Shown in pieces: positions 1-9,781 of a stretch of 47,678 bases of DNA; position 1 is the first letter of the stretch, and every line of letters starts with the position of its first letter. Origin of the DNA: Pseudomonadota bacterium (GTDB lineage Bacteria > UBA10199 > 2-02-FULL-44-16 > JAAZCA01). The position numbers and the translations under genes are program-made. The notes under the pieces were generated by a model that saw only the letters and a program-made list of their open reading frames with translations, made no database searches and was not told the origin of the DNA. The stretch is taken from the NCBI GenBank assembly GCA_043822785.1, contig JBDRBN010000019.1:1-47678 (forward strand). The letters are read 5' to 3'.

Positions 1-76
1 GAACGCAGTACGCGAATACATAAGGAATCAGGAAAAGGAAGACCAACGGCTCGATCAGCTGAATATGTTTCGGTAG
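1..76 (+). CDS. tnpA: 3' end of an IS200/IS605-family Y1 transposase TnpA (partial, continues from before the window)
   Basis: Frame from nt 2 reads NAVREYIRNQEKEDQRLDQLNMFR*, with the Y-x-x-x-Q catalytic helix and the typical IS200 TnpA C-terminus. Too short for the ORF track. Confidence 0.85.
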   Translation, partial: NAVREYIRNQEKEDQRLDQLNMFR

Positions 77-140
77 GTTTTAACCGCTTTGAGCGGTTCA
101 CGGTTTTTCAAGCCCCCGGCTCTGCCGGGGGTACATGACT
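1..140 (+). mobile_element. Right end of an IS200-type insertion sequence
   Basis: tnpA stop at 76, then hairpins aaccgc-tttga-gcggtt and cccccggc-tct-gccggggg (113-131). Similarity to the AlbA_2 gene starts at about 141. Confidence 0.8.
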
Positions 141-249
141 CTTTTGCCAGTGACGGCGCTACCTTTTCCTTGAATTCAAGACGCTGGCCCTCTCCGCTCT
201 GAAGAAGAAGTTGAAATTCAGATTCACTTATTTTGGAAGATTGAATCAT
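141..249 (-). pseudogene. N-terminal fragment of an AlbA_2/Schlafen-like DNA-binding domain protein, truncated by IS200
   Basis: MIQSSKISESEFQLLLQSGEGQRLEFKEKVAPSLAKE has the GE-x3-EFK motif; the rest of ORF 55..249 is read-through into the IS end. Confidence 0.7.
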
Positions 250-368
250 ATTTCAGTAAAGACGAATACACATCTCTGACTCCCATTGCAAGAATATCAA
301 AATAATATGTGCAACTGTCGGCCAAGCTCTTTTGTATAGCCATGGTGTCCTACGCAATGAATTTAGGC

Positions 369-599
369 ATGTGCGAATTTTCGGAGGGAAGGGCCGCTTT
401 TGAGCATCGACGTTTTGACCGAAGGCGTATGAGTTGCGAAAATGACGACTGGTTTTACGATTTGGCGGCTGACAGCGGAAGACGCCAAATCGTTCATACA
501 GAGATATATAATAGTAATGAAACCAGCGGCATTTTCGCGATGAATAGCCTGAGGGAAGGCGCTAGCTCAAAAGCGGCCCTTCCCGCAGAAAAAATACAT
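369..599. repeat. About 230-bp nested palindromic intergenic element
   Basis: Perfect 20-bp inverted repeat gggaagggccgcttttgagc (386-405) / gctcaaaagcggcccttccc (565-584), with inner stems gcgaaaatg..ctggttt / aaaccag..cattttcgc and acgatttggcg / cgccaaatcgt. Confidence 0.75.
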
Positions 600-607
600 A
601 TGTAAGT

Positions 608-3600
608 TTATTGTGCCAAGGGGGAGATTCCTGATTTCACATACTTTGCAGTAAACCCGTCGCCGTTTACGTCGATGAATATGGGATTTGTCAGGGCCCA
701 GGCTGAGGCGCCGACCTTTGAGTCTGTATGAAACGAGGCGAGATCTGCAGGATCAAATGTCTCAGGTGTATCAGTTGGATCCGCAAGCACGTTGGTGACG
801 ATCGGGAATAGGGATCTGTATCCTTCGGTTGAGCGCGTGCCGCGCGCCATCACCACCACCCATGTATCCTCATCCACTTCCATATCGAATGATACGCTTG
901 CAGTGATAACCCCGTCTTCTTCCTTCCAGTCAGCAAGAGTGCCGTCAGATAGCTTGAAGGTTTTGGAGGGCTGATATGTGTATCTGGGCATGTGATAAGG
1001 CTCATAAAAAGTAGCAGGATCTGCGGCCGTGCCCTGCATGGGCATATCCGTAACATCGTCCACAGGTATGGGCTCTGTGTTGGCATACACATAGACAGTG
1101 TCGAACCATGCCCATGATGGAGCAGAAACATTTACGGTGAACGAAGCTTTCCTGCCTGTCAGCACGTCGCCCACTTTGGCTGTAGTACCGGCCTCGTCTT
1201 TCGCACTTATCGAGATATAGGGGCCGGCTGATATGGTGAGCCGACCTGCATTTATGTTGGCTGCATATTCTTCAAGATCAATCGCATCATGGCTTTGTCC
1301 CATGCCGTCTCTGGGATCTACTGAGTTCGCTATGAAGTTTCGGGGCAGCCCTACGGGATTTGCGATGCCGCGATGGCTGTCCGAATCAGCAGTCGCTGTG
1401 ATGATGAAGCCGAGATTCAACAGGTTGAACCATGTGGGAAGCGCAGATCTGTACAGCATGTCATTATCATGCAGGTGCAGGCCGATGGTCAGCTCCAGGG
1501 CATTGAATTTAGTGCTCATGAGCGCAGAGGTTCCAAACGGAAGGGGAAAGGAAGTGCCCGAACTTCTGGGCGGCATCCTGCGTTCTACAGGATCGGCATA
1601 GCTCGACAGAGGCGGCACTCCGAAATCATTGAGATAGAATGGCGAGGTAACCCAGCCGGTCGCTATGAGAAGGCCTGTGGGATTATCCATTATATGGTTG
1701 ATCTGGATGACCTCTTCGCCGGGATCATCTCGCAGCGTATCGATCAGTTCATCCAGCGTGGGGCAATAATCCGGATCAGGCCCTACCACATCGAGAGAGG
1801 AGTTGCTCCAGTCCACTGCTCCTCCAGCAGGGTCCAAGGGATCCGGCAGAAGGGGAAAAGCATGGAGGTGACCGTAATGGTTGGGCGTTACCTCATCGCC
1901 TGCCGATGTCTGCATGCTTCCTGCCGGGATGAGTCCCTGCGAAACCAGCGAAGACAGCGCCGGGGCGTAATCTGTTATGTAATCATGATCTGAGGACTGC
2001 AGCACGTCCAGGCCTTCCGCTGCCACAGAGAGAACGCGCAATTCTTGGGAAAAGTTTGAGTCCGGGCTTGTGATGGAATGAATGTGAAAATCGGCATTGA
2101 CGTATCCTGGAGTGGGCACCGCCCTTTTTAGGGCAATGCTTCCCAAGCTTACCGACTCTCCGGCAGGAACATCGAGCACTTCCTGGTAGGTCGAATACTC
2201 AGGCCCATGGCTTATCATAAAGAGGTACGTGCCCGGCTCTATATTGAAGCTTGTGGAACCGGTGAGGTCTATGGTGCCTTTGGCTGTGATGTACTTTACG
2301 TCAACGATGCCGAAGGGGAACTCCCAGTGATAAGTGGAACGAAACCTGCCTGCGCTTCCTACCTTATTCGGGCTGGGATCGGTTCCTACTATGGTAAGAC
2401 GAGTTGTGATTGCGCTTTGCGTTTCAGAATCGATAACAGGGCCTGCGAGATTAACGGTTCCGGTTTCACCCAATGTGCATGTGACCTGTGCAGATTCCTT
2501 TGTCATGAGATCTATCTCTGAGGGATCGCACTCGCCGGCTTCCACTGTGCCGTTCTTGTGAAAACCCGGCATCTCCACGAGCACTTTGTATTTTCCGTTT
2601 CCAAAACGTGCTGATTCTGCATTGCCGCCTGTAGGAAGGTTTCCAGAAAATGCGCCTGATGAATCTGTGCGATAGGTGATGAGCGTATTGCTTTTTGACA
2701 TGACTGCCACCAAAGCTCCCTCAACCGGAGATCCTCCAGCATCGACTACGCTGCCGGTTATAGGCCTTGTTTTAGCTCCGATGGCTGCAAGCCCTGCGTC
2801 GAAAACTGAGCCGGCTGAGCCATTGCCCACGACAAAATAGCCGGTAATGGTTCGCGAACTTTTTGGAGGAATGGAGAAGTGGATTTCCGGCGTGCCTCCT
2901 TTGCCAAGAGGCGCGATCTTGAGAAATTCCTCGCCAAAAAGAAGACCGGTCAAACCCGAGTATGAGACTGATGTAGTCTTGTAGATCTCACCGTCAGGAT
3001 CTTTAAACTGCGAAGATTTATAGAAGTACCCATATGAAACATCGACGTCATCAAAGCCTGCGTAGATGACGGCTGGCGAGCCCCCTCCCACCTCTGTCAT
3101 CAGATCCGGACTAAAACCGAGCCCTGGTATAAGCATGGAGACCTGGCCTGAACCGTTTATAAACTGGCCGACGGGCATGCTCACCTCATCGTCGCCATTA
3201 TTTTTAAACGTCGTATCTATGCGTACATAATTCTTATCCGGCTCGAGCGTATAGTCAGTGACTACCTCACGATCCATGCCTTTAAGATCATCATAGATCT
3301 CAAACGGGTTTCGACGATCATCAAAACGATTGGAAAAGGTTATCGACTGGCCGGCAATTCCCTCTGCGACCTCACCGATGAAATCCAGATCCAGATAATC
3401 GTAGACATCGATGACCCCGTATGCTCGGAGTATCTTGGCGCCGCCATCAGAACTGTCGGAGAGGACTTCATAGTTTTGGTAGTTGACTGTCCATTCCACA
3501 TTGACTAGCGGAAAAATCGACCCGAAGTTATCCTCTCCCGCCTGTCCTTGTGGCCGCACAAGATCTGCATCGATGATGTTGCCGCCAAATGAATTTACCG

Positions 3601-3844
3601 TAGGATTCTTTGCAGGCTTCTGGATGATCACGCGTATGCGATCGTTTTTGATAAGCACATCGCCGATGCGCCCCTGAGCTACAGGCCCTCCTATCAGATC
3701 CGCTTCGTCATGAATTGTAAGAGGTGTGTCAGGATATCCGGTAACATTGGGACTTAGGCCTTCTTTTCCAGACCCCGAACACCCAAAGACCAAACAAGTC
3801 ATGAGCAGAGCAATTGTTATAAATGTGATTTTTATATTCAGCAT
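608..3844 (-). CDS. CehA/McbA-family (PHP-fold) metallohydrolase lipoprotein with carboxypeptidase-regulatory-like domains
   Basis: Lipobox LVFGC; PHP motifs DFHIHS..SPDS, SSDHD, GHLHAFP, INH, ADSDSH; C-terminal ALTNPIFID. Confidence 0.75.
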   Translation of the reverse strand: MLNIKITFITIALLMTCLVFGCSGSGKEGLSPNVTGYPDTPLTIHDEADLIGGPVAQGRIGDVLIKNDRIRVIIQKPAKNPTVNSFGGNIIDADLVRPQGQAGEDNFGSIFPLVNVEWTVNYQNYEVLSDSSDGGAKILRAYGVIDVYDYLDLDFIGEVAEGIAGQSITFSNRFDDRRNPFEIYDDLKGMDREVVTDYTLEPDKNYVRIDTTFKNNGDDEVSMPVGQFINGSGQVSMLIPGLGFSPDLMTEVGGGSPAVIYAGFDDVDVSYGYFYKSSQFKDPDGEIYKTTSVSYSGLTGLLFGEEFLKIAPLGKGGTPEIHFSIPPKSSRTITGYFVVGNGSAGSVFDAGLAAIGAKTRPITGSVVDAGGSPVEGALVAVMSKSNTLITYRTDSSGAFSGNLPTGGNAESARFGNGKYKVLVEMPGFHKNGTVEAGECDPSEIDLMTKESAQVTCTLGETGTVNLAGPVIDSETQSAITTRLTIVGTDPSPNKVGSAGRFRSTYHWEFPFGIVDVKYITAKGTIDLTGSTSFNIEPGTYLFMISHGPEYSTYQEVLDVPAGESVSLGSIALKRAVPTPGYVNADFHIHSITSPDSNFSQELRVLSVAAEGLDVLQSSDHDYITDYAPALSSLVSQGLIPAGSMQTSAGDEVTPNHYGHLHAFPLLPDPLDPAGGAVDWSNSSLDVVGPDPDYCPTLDELIDTLRDDPGEEVIQINHIMDNPTGLLIATGWVTSPFYLNDFGVPPLSSYADPVERRMPPRSSGTSFPLPFGTSALMSTKFNALELTIGLHLHDNDMLYRSALPTWFNLLNLGFIITATADSDSHRGIANPVGLPRNFIANSVDPRDGMGQSHDAIDLEEYAANINAGRLTISAGPYISISAKDEAGTTAKVGDVLTGRKASFTVNVSAPSWAWFDTVYVYANTEPIPVDDVTDMPMQGTAADPATFYEPYHMPRYTYQPSKTFKLSDGTLADWKEEDGVITASVSFDMEVDEDTWVVVMARGTRSTEGYRSLFPIVTNVLADPTDTPETFDPADLASFHTDSKVGASAWALTNPIFIDVNGDGFTAKYVKSGISPLAQ

Positions 3845-3865
3845 AGCTTTTTACTTGGTAAAGAA

Positions 3866-3942
3866 GCCAGCAACGCGAGACAAACGAGAAATGTTTTAAA
3901 TGCACGTTTCTCGCGTTGCTTGCGTTGCTGGCGTTTCTCGCC
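3866..3942. repeat. Inverted arrays of degenerate 9-mer repeats (GCAAGCAAC/GCGAGAAAC)
   Basis: gccagcaac-gcgagacaa-acgagaaa followed by cgtttctcg-cgttgcttg-cgttgctgg-cgtttctcg. Confidence 0.65.
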
Positions 3943-3947
3943 CTATT

Positions 3948-3974
3948 GTATCGGCAATATGCCAAACAAGTTGC
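3948..3974 (-). promoter_or_regulatory. Putative sigma28-like promoter GCAAC-N14-GCCGATAC for the metallohydrolase gene
   Basis: Minus strand reads gcaac-ttgtttggcatatt-gccgatac; the motif recurs elsewhere in the window. Confidence 0.55.
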
Positions 3975-4106
3975 GTACTTATTAGGGGCCATGCAGCATG
4001 AGCTGTGATACAGCGCGTCAGAACGAAACAGATTGACGAGGTTGAAAAATTGGCGTTAAAACGCCAATTCAGCGGGCTCAGGGCGAAATCAGATAAAGGA
4101 GACGAT

Positions 4107-5198
4107 ATGATAATCGGTGTTCCAAGGGAGATAAAGACGCAGGAGACGCGCGTAGCAATAACAGCTGCAGGTGTAAACAAACTCATTAAGGCAGGTCATA
4201 CTGTTTATGTAGAAAAGGATGCGGGCGTACTTTCTGGAATAATCGATGAGGATTACATTGCCAGCGGAGCGAAGATCGAACCAAGCGCAGAGAACGTATG
4301 GAAAAACGCCGAGATGATCGTTAAGGTAAAAGAGCCTTTGGAGAACGAATACAAATACTTCAGGTCCGATCTAACCATCTTCACCTACCTTCACTTAGCA
4401 AGCGTGCCAAAGCTCGTGGATGCGCTTTGCGAATCAAAAATCCTAAGCATTGGTTATGAAACGGTCGAAGCAGACGATCATTCTTTACCTCTTCTCACTC
4501 CCATGAGTGAGGTTGCAGGAAGGATTGCCACCCAGATAGGCACATATCTTTTGCACAAAGATCACGGCGGCAAGGGGCTTTTGCTTGGCGGAGTAACCGG
4601 CACCAGGCCTGGCACCGTTGTCGTGATCGGCGGCGGCATAGTTGGTTGCAATGCCGCAGATGTGGCCGTTGGATTGCGCGCTGAAACTGTGATCTTGGAT
4701 ATAAGCGATAAAAAGCTTTCTCAAATAAATAAAACTTACGGAGATAAGATTAAAGCGGTAAAGTCAACGCCCGAAAGCGTTGAAGAGTGGACTAAGAAGG
4801 CAGATCTGCTCATCGGTGCGGTTTTGGTCACAGGCGATCGCGCGCCTAACATCGTTACAGAAAAAATGGTTAAGGGCATGCAGCATGGATCAGCGATCGT
4901 GGATGTATCCATTGATCAGGGAGGGTGCATCGAGACCATACGCCCAACAACGCATAATGATCCCACATATAGAACTCACGGTGTTATACATTACGCGGTT
5001 GCCAACATGCCTGCGCTTACACCACACACATCAACAGAAGCGCTTACCACCGCAACGTTTCCATATGTGCTTGAGCTGGCAAATAAGGGAGTTGGGAAGG
5101 CGCTAGTTGAAAACCATATGCTTGCAAAGGGCTTACAGACAAAGGCGGGTAAGGTGACTCTGCCGGTCTTAAAGAAGCTCTTCCCTAAATGGGCGTGA
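4107..5198 (+). CDS. ald: Alanine dehydrogenase
   Basis: MIIGVPREIK..ETRVA, VKVKEP, FTYLHLA, PMSEVAGR, GGGIVG, VDVSIDQGGC, HYAVANMP. ATG at 4107 follows RBS aaggag. Confidence 0.95.
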   Translation: MIIGVPREIKTQETRVAITAAGVNKLIKAGHTVYVEKDAGVLSGIIDEDYIASGAKIEPSAENVWKNAEMIVKVKEPLENEYKYFRSDLTIFTYLHLASVPKLVDALCESKILSIGYETVEADDHSLPLLTPMSEVAGRIATQIGTYLLHKDHGGKGLLLGGVTGTRPGTVVVIGGGIVGCNAADVAVGLRAETVILDISDKKLSQINKTYGDKIKAVKSTPESVEEWTKKADLLIGAVLVTGDRAPNIVTEKMVKGMQHGSAIVDVSIDQGGCIETIRPTTHNDPTYRTHGVIHYAVANMPALTPHTSTEALTTATFPYVLELANKGVGKALVENHMLAKGLQTKAGKVTLPVLKKLFPKWA

Positions 5199-5955
5199 TA
5201 GCATTGCGTTCCCACATAACTCTCAAACCTTCCAAAATGAGATCATCGTGGACTCGATCTATGGATGTGCATGCGCGTTTTAGTAGAGCAGCTTCGCCGC
5301 CGGTCGCTATCACAAGAGGTTGAGTTCTAACTTGTCTTGAAATCTTCTTAACAAGATGATCTACGAGTCCTGCATATCCGTGAAACAGTCCTGCGCTGAT
5401 AGCTTCTTTTGTGCTTTTACCTTTTGTATGTTTGACGACAGATGGTTTTACATAGGGGAGCTTTGTTGAAATGCTCTCAAGCGTTTTTGCAGATGTAGTT
5501 AAACCAGGAACGATCACGCCTCCGGAGAATTCGCCCTGTTTGGTTACAAGATCAATGGTAATGGCGCTTCCCGCATCTATAACGATCAGCGCCTTCCTAT
5601 ATTTCTCGTAGGCTGCATAAGCCGCCACAATTCGATCCACACCCAATTGCTTCTTGTTATATTTTTTTATCGGCATTCCTATGATGCGCCAGTTTACAAA
5701 CAGCGGTTTAATTCCGAGGGCATCTGAACATGCATTACGAATTCTATGATTAAGTTTTGGAACTACGCTGCATATGCATGCACCTTCGATATTCTTTGTG
5801 TTTCGTACACCAATGCTTTGTTTAAGCCTTTTGCCTAATGAACTAGCGCTATGGCTACGATCATTAGGAATGCGCCATTTCTTTAAGAGCGTTTTGCCCT
5901 TAAAGAGACCACATGTGATATTCGTGTTTCCGATGTCTATTGTTAGTAAATTCAT
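5185..5955 (-). CDS. coaX: Type III pantothenate kinase
   Basis: LTIDIGNTN, LGVDR, IDAGSAITID, GGVIVPG, ATGG. Start moved to 5955 because the upstream extension is REP sequence. Confidence 0.92.
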   Translation of the reverse strand: MNLLTIDIGNTNITCGLFKGKTLLKKWRIPNDRSHSASSLGKRLKQSIGVRNTKNIEGACICSVVPKLNHRIRNACSDALGIKPLFVNWRIIGMPIKKYNKKQLGVDRIVAAYAAYEKYRKALIVIDAGSAITIDLVTKQGEFSGGVIVPGLTTSAKTLESISTKLPYVKPSVVKHTKGKSTKEAISAGLFHGYAGLVDHLVKKISRQVRTQPLVIATGGEAALLKRACTSIDRVHDDLILEGLRVMWERNAITPI

Positions 5956-5974
5956 ATATAAATATAACTGAAGT

Positions 5975-6061
5975 ATGTCATTGCGAGCGCAGCGAAGCAA
6001 TCTCCTTAAAAACACGATTTGCAGGAGTTTGCTTCGTCGCTAAAGCTCCTCGCAATGACAT
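5975..6061. repeat. REP-like palindrome doublet (TGTCATTGCGAG...GAAGCAATCT / TTGCTTCG...CTCGCAATGACA family)
   Basis: Two inverted half-units; the same family occurs at 31212, 36708, 39406 and 41914. Confidence 0.85.
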
Positions 6062-6084
6062 TCTGGTCTCGCCTTTCTCGAATA

Positions 6085-7140
6085 TTAGATTTCTATCAAC
6101 TCATACTCCCTACATCCAATCCCCATCTTCTCCGCATGCACAAGCTGAACTGTGCAATCTACGCCTGAATGAGCTTTCTCAAAGATATCCCCGCCAGCTT
6201 TTGTAACCAGATCCAGGCTTGCCTGGTCAATTGCCACAGGATCGCTCGATGCCAGAATGCCGATGTCGGGCACCAAGGGTTTTTCCTTTATCCCCATACA
6301 GTCACAGTTTGCCGTTACGTGATTTACAAAATTTAAATAAAAAGCGCGCTTTCCCTTTACTGCGCCGGCCGCGTACTCCACATACCGCTCTTGCACGCCG
6401 GCTGCCCCCTCGTTCCAAGTGATGGAAAGCGCCCCATGATCGCAGCTGATCACGCATTCGCCACAGCCTGCACACTTTGTAACATCGAGCACTATTCCAT
6501 CGTCGGTTAGAGAAATGGCTTTTTGCGCGCACGCATCAATGCATGCCCCACACCTTATGCAAAGCTTTGCATTAAAAGTGGGCGCAACCGAGGAGTGCAT
6601 CTCAAACTTTCCGACGCGCGCTCCGCAGCCCATGCCCAGGTTTTTTAGCGCACCTCCAAAACCAGATAGCAGATGTCCTTTGAAGTGGGAGAGCACCATG
6701 AGGAAATCGGACTGGGCAATGCCATTAGCGATTTTTACATTTTGAAAATGATCGCCATTCACTTCCACAAGCTCGAACTCGTCTCCCCTCAGGCCATCGG
6801 ATATGATTATAGGGGTCTGAAGCTTTGAATGTGTAAACCCGTGTTCAGCAGCAACTGTGAGATGCCCCACGGCGTTATTTCTAGGTCCGGTATATATCGT
6901 GTTTGTATCTGTGAGAAAGGGCTTGGCCTTTGCTTTTCGGATCATCTTGAGGATCGGGCGCACATATTCTGGCTGGATATAGCCGTCGTTGCCTCTTTCT
7001 CCAAAGTGCATTTTTACTGCAACAAAGTCGTTTTTCAGTATGGAATTGACGGCAGAGGCCCTTTCTATAAGTTCTGGAAGCCTAGCTCGCTGTTGCCAAG
7101 ATATGAAGAATATCTTTACTTTTGCCTTTGAATCATTCAT
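6085..7140 (-). CDS. DUF362 domain protein with a 2x[4Fe-4S] ferredoxin insert
   Basis: VAVKMHFGERGN, SHFKGH..GFGGALKNLGMGC, CIRCGACIDAC and CAGCGECVISC, NCDC, ASSDPVAIDQAS. Confidence 0.9.
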   Translation of the reverse strand: MNDSKAKVKIFFISWQQRARLPELIERASAVNSILKNDFVAVKMHFGERGNDGYIQPEYVRPILKMIRKAKAKPFLTDTNTIYTGPRNNAVGHLTVAAEHGFTHSKLQTPIIISDGLRGDEFELVEVNGDHFQNVKIANGIAQSDFLMVLSHFKGHLLSGFGGALKNLGMGCGARVGKFEMHSSVAPTFNAKLCIRCGACIDACAQKAISLTDDGIVLDVTKCAGCGECVISCDHGALSITWNEGAAGVQERYVEYAAGAVKGKRAFYLNFVNHVTANCDCMGIKEKPLVPDIGILASSDPVAIDQASLDLVTKAGGDIFEKAHSGVDCTVQLVHAEKMGIGCREYELIEI

Positions 7141-7227
7141 ATACGCGCCTTCATTTTTAGGGATACAATCCGCGATTTGAGCCGATTGTCAAGACATAGA
7201 GATATTCATTTTTATCGCATTTTCCGC

Positions 7228-7255
7228 GCAACAAACTTCACAGTATAGACGATAA
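7228..7255 (+). promoter_or_regulatory. Putative sigma28-like promoter GCAAC-N15-GACGATAA
   Basis: Lies about 20 nt upstream of ORF 7276 and its aaggag RBS. Confidence 0.5.
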
Positions 7256-7275
7256 CGCCTAATAACTGTCAAGGA

Positions 7276-9732
7276 GTGACAGACGATATGGGTTTACCAT
7301 CAAGCAATCCGCCGGCAGCTACATCGTCCAGCGTGGTCCCAAGGGACCCGCCGTCCGATATGCCCTCTAGCGCTCCGCCAATCAGCGAGGCTCCACCATC
7401 CAGCCAAGTTCCGCCAACCCTGCCATCGGGAAGGTCGTCGGAAGCTTCGAATCACAACGAGTTTCCGTGTGAATCGAGCCGACCGGCCGGAGCAGTCGAA
7501 GTTGCGTCTGACATGTTTGTGCCAGCTGATCCCAATATGGCAAGGGAGCTTTACTCCTGGAAGATTAAGAAACAAGGGTGGCAGAGGTTCCTCGATATCG
7601 ATCACTCACTTCGCACCTGGCTATCCGGTGCCATGATCTATGTGGAGAATACTCTTGAATTTCTAAAAGGACTTGAGGTGAGCGATCTTACGAAGAAGCT
7701 CCAAAATAAACTTAGGTTCTTAGGCCCTGCGCTCGAGGAAATCGTTCAGGATCTAAAGTCACCTTATCTCGATAATGGAAGCCTATCCATTTTAGGCCTT
7801 GAACGCATCCAGAACCTCGTTTTCAGAGATGGCAAAGGGTCGATATTTCGACTCAACATCAACATGACCGATGCCAACAAGATCGACCCCAGCGGTAATC
7901 TTGGCACTGCATTTAAGTATACAGTCTTGGAGTGGCTGCAGGATGAGTTTGGTAAAAGGCACATCACGCTAAATCCTGAAGGGTCGTCCTTTCTCGCAAT
8001 AAATGTGAGCCAACACGAGATGTCGTGCAGCTTGGGGCGTTTTGAACGAGAGATAATATATCGTTTAAGACAAGATAAGACGTGCGAGCGCTATGACTAT
8101 AGCGCATCACTTGTTAACCATTTCACTCCCAGCGCTGTTGGTATGTTCATGACCATAACAGGCCAAGGTCTCGGGATCGAAGAGACCCTGGCGTCGAGTG
8201 ATGCAGAGGCAATCCTTGTACTTCAGAGACGTGTGATTGAGCGCATCGCGGATTCACTTAGGCTTCTAGCAGTAGGAAACATGCTTGCAGAAAAGGATCC
8301 AGCATCGATCGGATTGGAGGCAGGGCTAGCTGTATATGATGCTGCTGATCTGCCGATTGAACCGAGTCATGAGGGTTACGATATATTTCAGAAACAGTTT
8401 TCACTAGGCTTGGGGTACGTACCACCAACTGTTTTCAGATCTCGATTTGCAGAGGAAAATGTTTCATCAGAGGATAGGATGATAGCTGCTCACCCGCGCC
8501 TTGCCCATGATTTTGGGCACCTGGATCGCCCCGTGCGTAAAGACGACAATGATGGAGGTGCGCTGCAGATCCTGATGAGGGCTCTTGAGACAGCCAGCGA
8601 CGCATTAAACGATGAGCAAAAGATGGTTGCACTCGATAAACTACACAGAGCTGCAGATGGCTTTTCACTAGCGCTAGACGTTGGGCGCATTGCGCGCTTA
8701 AACCCAAGGAATCCTGCGTTTGACAAGTTGATCCAAGAGGTAAAGCTCAGCAAGGGTACAGGTTTTTTGGATTCTTACTTTATCGAAAGAGCTGCATTGC
8801 ATCCTGAGAACGAGCTTCACCTGACGCTCTTCGAGCTCGACTCCTTTAAGGCATTCTCCTCAAGATATTCGGTAGATGAGTTTGATACAAGCTTTTGGAG
8901 TGTATTCGATCATGTCTTCTCGGTAGCTCAGGACCTTTCGATAGATAAGCCTTTGATGGCGCAGGTTGCAGGGGATCTCGTGATCGCTGCTGTTCCGATT
9001 AAGGACTTCCATGGCAACAATGTGGATATCAGCACTTTTGTCAGGATGGTGCAGGAGCGGATATCGAGAGCCTATGAAGACAAGCCGTTTCAAGATTATG
9101 GCAAAGTAGAGCTGACTAACGGAAATGGAAGAAGCACAAAAGTTGAACGCTGGCCGCTCTGGCAGAAGGGTAAGGCGATCTTTCCTTCATTGAGCCAGCC
9201 CGAGGACAGCGAGCCCTATATGAATACGCTTACTGCCACTGCGGTCGCAACTACTGCCATTACTCCTAGGACAGGCCAGGACTTACGAACCTACTCACGG
9301 ATCATTGAGAAATTGGCAGCGCGAGTGGAAGATCTTAAGTCTAAGACATCTCCACAAAAGGGAGAATTCGCCTTCTTTTACTATGAAGATCTGGCTCCTC
9401 CAGAGCTACCAAAGTCGATTGGCGCACCTGCAACCATCGGCGGCATGTATCGTGTGTCCGAGCGTTGTTGGCCCAGCGGTCCTGTCAACGAAGGGTTTGA
9501 GAGATCGATGAAAGAGCAGTTTCATGAAGCTTGGGGTGAGCGCTGGAATGCTTTGGGTCAGCCCTTCAGAACGGAACTAGTAGAGCGTTTGAGCGAGTTA
9601 GCACCCTCTTCGCCTCCAATTCTCACCTCGCGCCATGTTATGAGCATAATTTCTGGAATGCAATGTGTTCAACCTATGCAGTTTCCTCCCGCTCCATTCT
9701 TGTTCCTGCCTCCTCTCACAGTGGTGGGATGA
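7276..9732 (+). CDS. Orphan protein with a Pro/Ser-rich N-terminus and degenerate GGDEF/palm-like region(s)
   Basis: 818-aa ORF with RBS; LTLFELDSFKAFSSRY...AQVAGDLVIAAVP resembles a GGDEF domain core. Confidence 0.6.
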   Translation: MTDDMGLPSSNPPAATSSSVVPRDPPSDMPSSAPPISEAPPSSQVPPTLPSGRSSEASNHNEFPCESSRPAGAVEVASDMFVPADPNMARELYSWKIKKQGWQRFLDIDHSLRTWLSGAMIYVENTLEFLKGLEVSDLTKKLQNKLRFLGPALEEIVQDLKSPYLDNGSLSILGLERIQNLVFRDGKGSIFRLNINMTDANKIDPSGNLGTAFKYTVLEWLQDEFGKRHITLNPEGSSFLAINVSQHEMSCSLGRFEREIIYRLRQDKTCERYDYSASLVNHFTPSAVGMFMTITGQGLGIEETLASSDAEAILVLQRRVIERIADSLRLLAVGNMLAEKDPASIGLEAGLAVYDAADLPIEPSHEGYDIFQKQFSLGLGYVPPTVFRSRFAEENVSSEDRMIAAHPRLAHDFGHLDRPVRKDDNDGGALQILMRALETASDALNDEQKMVALDKLHRAADGFSLALDVGRIARLNPRNPAFDKLIQEVKLSKGTGFLDSYFIERAALHPENELHLTLFELDSFKAFSSRYSVDEFDTSFWSVFDHVFSVAQDLSIDKPLMAQVAGDLVIAAVPIKDFHGNNVDISTFVRMVQERISRAYEDKPFQDYGKVELTNGNGRSTKVERWPLWQKGKAIFPSLSQPEDSEPYMNTLTATAVATTAITPRTGQDLRTYSRIIEKLAARVEDLKSKTSPQKGEFAFFYYEDLAPPELPKSIGAPATIGGMYRVSERCWPSGPVNEGFERSMKEQFHEAWGERWNALGQPFRTELVERLSELAPSSPPILTSRHVMSIISGMQCVQPMQFPPAPFLFLPPLTVVG

Positions 9733-9781
9733 CACAACCCACTCGTTGACACGCAGCTAGCAAACCGCTAGCCTTATTTTC

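Noticed and set aside
309..605. 98-aa ORF
   Set aside because: Coincides with the palindromic element and has no recognisable motif.
5956..6015. N-terminal extension of coaX (and similar extensions of ald, PLC, amrA and the 40204 ORF)
   Set aside because: The extensions run through REP or intergenic sequence; downstream starts fit the family N-termini and RBS positions better.
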